DNA of 64,000 bases from Flavobacteriales bacterium (GTDB taxonomy: Bacteria > Bacteroidota > Bacteroidia > Flavobacteriales_D > CAJJDF01). Shown here piece by piece: positions 62,840-64,000 of the stretch (its first letter is position 1; each line of letters begins with the position of its first letter). The notes under the pieces were generated by a model that worked only from the letters and a program-made list of their open reading frames with translations, had not been told where the DNA came from and made no database searches. The DNA lies in NCBI GenBank assembly GCA_965657945.1, contig CBFHPW010000002.1:5074-69073 (forward strand), given 5' to 3'. Both the position numbers and the translations under genes were made by a program.

Positions 62840-64000
62840 ATGAAATACATTTTACTTTTCTTATCCTCGTTGTTGTATTGCCAATTGGTACTCTCACAAC
62901 CTTCTAACAACAACTGTGCAAGCGCAACAGAAATTTGCATTGCGAAAACAACATCTGGAACCACCCGTGATGCAACCAGTCAAATCTGTGGAACTTGCGC
63001 TGACGGACCAACGATTGTGGGTTCCGCCTGCTTCCAGCTTGTAAAAACGGTTTGGTATCAATTTACAACCAATGCCACAGGAGGAAATGCTGATGTCAGT
63101 GTAACTAGTTTAAATTGTTCTGCTGGTTCTAATGGATTGGGAGGAATTGTTTATTCTGCCGGAACTGCTTGTAATTCTTCCACATACGTTCCTGTTTCCA
63201 ACTGTGAAGTAAATTCTGGTGGAGACTTTACCCTGAACGCAACCGGATTAGCAGCCAATACTACGTACTATATTCTTATCGCTAGCGACTCTGCAGGGAG
63301 CTGTGATTTTGATATTACGATTAGCGGTTCCGCAGTTGTATTGCCTCCCAGTTCAATCGTTATCTCGAACAACGTAGACACCACTATCATTTGCCCAGAA
63401 GACATGGTAACCTTTTCTGCCAATGTAACGAATTGCACAAATCCAGTGGTGAATTGGTTTGTAAATGGCGGATATGCAGCAACTACAACCAATGGAAATT
63501 CTTTTCAAAAAGATTATTTTGTAAATGGCGATGTGGTAGGAGCTCAGGTAGAGTGTGATTGTGGAGCAAACGCTGGATCTAATCAACTATCAATAAATGT
63601 ACATCCTTACATCACAATAAGCGCAGGACCTTACACCAACATTCCATTCGGAGGATCTACCAAACTTAAAGGTTCTGGAGGGGTTACATATTCCTGGGCA
63701 CCCACCGAAACTTTAGACAACCCAAATATTGCCAATCCAATTGCGACACCCTTGGGAGCAACAACTTATACACTCACAGCTACTTCTGCGGAAGGTTGCA
63801 GGTTCTTTGCAGATGTCATTGTGAATGTATTGGATTCAATTTTCGTCCCTAATACTTTCACCCCTAACTCTGATGGTGTGAATGACACTTGGGAAATTAG
63901 GCTAATTGAGTTTTTTCCGAAAGCAGAAATTACAGTATTTGACCGATGGGGACAAATCGTTTTTAAAACCATTGGTTACCCAACTTCTTCTCGTTGGGAT
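62840..64000 (+). CDS. Secreted protein ending in a gliding-motility/T9SS type B C-terminal domain; runs off the right edge
   Basis: Absent from the track because it is open-ended. ATG at 62840 gives MKYILLFLSSLLYCQLVLSQ (signal) and a Cys-rich body. The sequence then reads FVPNTFTPNSDGVNDTWEI...ITVFDRWGQIVF, typical of the CHU_C / type B sorting domain. Confidence 0.8.
   Translation, partial: MKYILLFLSSLLYCQLVLSQPSNNNCASATEICIAKTTSGTTRDATSQICGTCADGPTIVGSACFQLVKTVWYQFTTNATGGNADVSVTSLNCSAGSNGLGGIVYSAGTACNSSTYVPVSNCEVNSGGDFTLNATGLAANTTYYILIASDSAGSCDFDITISGSAVVLPPSSIVISNNVDTTIICPEDMVTFSANVTNCTNPVVNWFVNGGYAATTTNGNSFQKDYFVNGDVVGAQVECDCGANAGSNQLSINVHPYITISAGPYTNIPFGGSTKLKGSGGVTYSWAPTETLDNPNIANPIATPLGATTYTLTATSAEGCRFFADVIVNVLDSIFVPNTFTPNSDGVNDTWEIRLIEFFPKAEITVFDRWGQIVFKTIGYPTSSRWD

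Overview
This is a low-GC Bacteroidota chromosome segment, probably Flavobacteriales-like. The supporting evidence is T9SS type A and type B C-terminal sorting domains, TAnnTTTG-type promoter boxes, no Shine-Dalgarno sequences, bshC, several TonB-dependent receptors and HMA/HYC-type genes. Most of the window is densely packed housekeeping DNA: rpe, rpsU, apt, pyrE, purC, rsmD, fadH, ruvB, uvrC, gdh, dnaA, prfA, pyrF, kbl, kdsB, pdxJ and others. RNA and regulatory features I can support are one tRNA-Met with initiator hallmarks, one TPP riboswitch in front of a TonB-dependent receptor, several clear intrinsic terminators and a few promoter boxes. I found no rRNA, CRISPR array, transposase or integrase. 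The one clearly accessory stretch is the roughly 3.5 kb between fadH and ruvB (23.5-27.05 kb). There, the 3' tail of fadH is present three times and frames two AT-rich cassettes. Both cassettes share a leader plus lipoprotein signal peptide at the 5' end and an 83-nt terminator block at the 3' end, but they carry unrelated payloads. One payload is a lipoprotein with a glycine-zipper C-terminus, followed by a coupled 2-TM mini-protein. A parDE toxin-antitoxin pair follows the array. I consider this cassette array docked on the fadH 3' end the most interesting and possibly undescribed element in the window. Secondary items are listed below.

- an HMA-domain TonB receptor paired with a Cys-rich HYC/CC/PP protein
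- a 39-codon ORF sitting in the leader of the initiator tRNA
- a decayed GIY-YIG gene
- a split, permuted 5'-nucleotidase
- a bshC-DinB pair
- a K+ channel with a non-canonical filter

All functional calls come from reading the translated ORFs and recognising family motifs. No database search was run.
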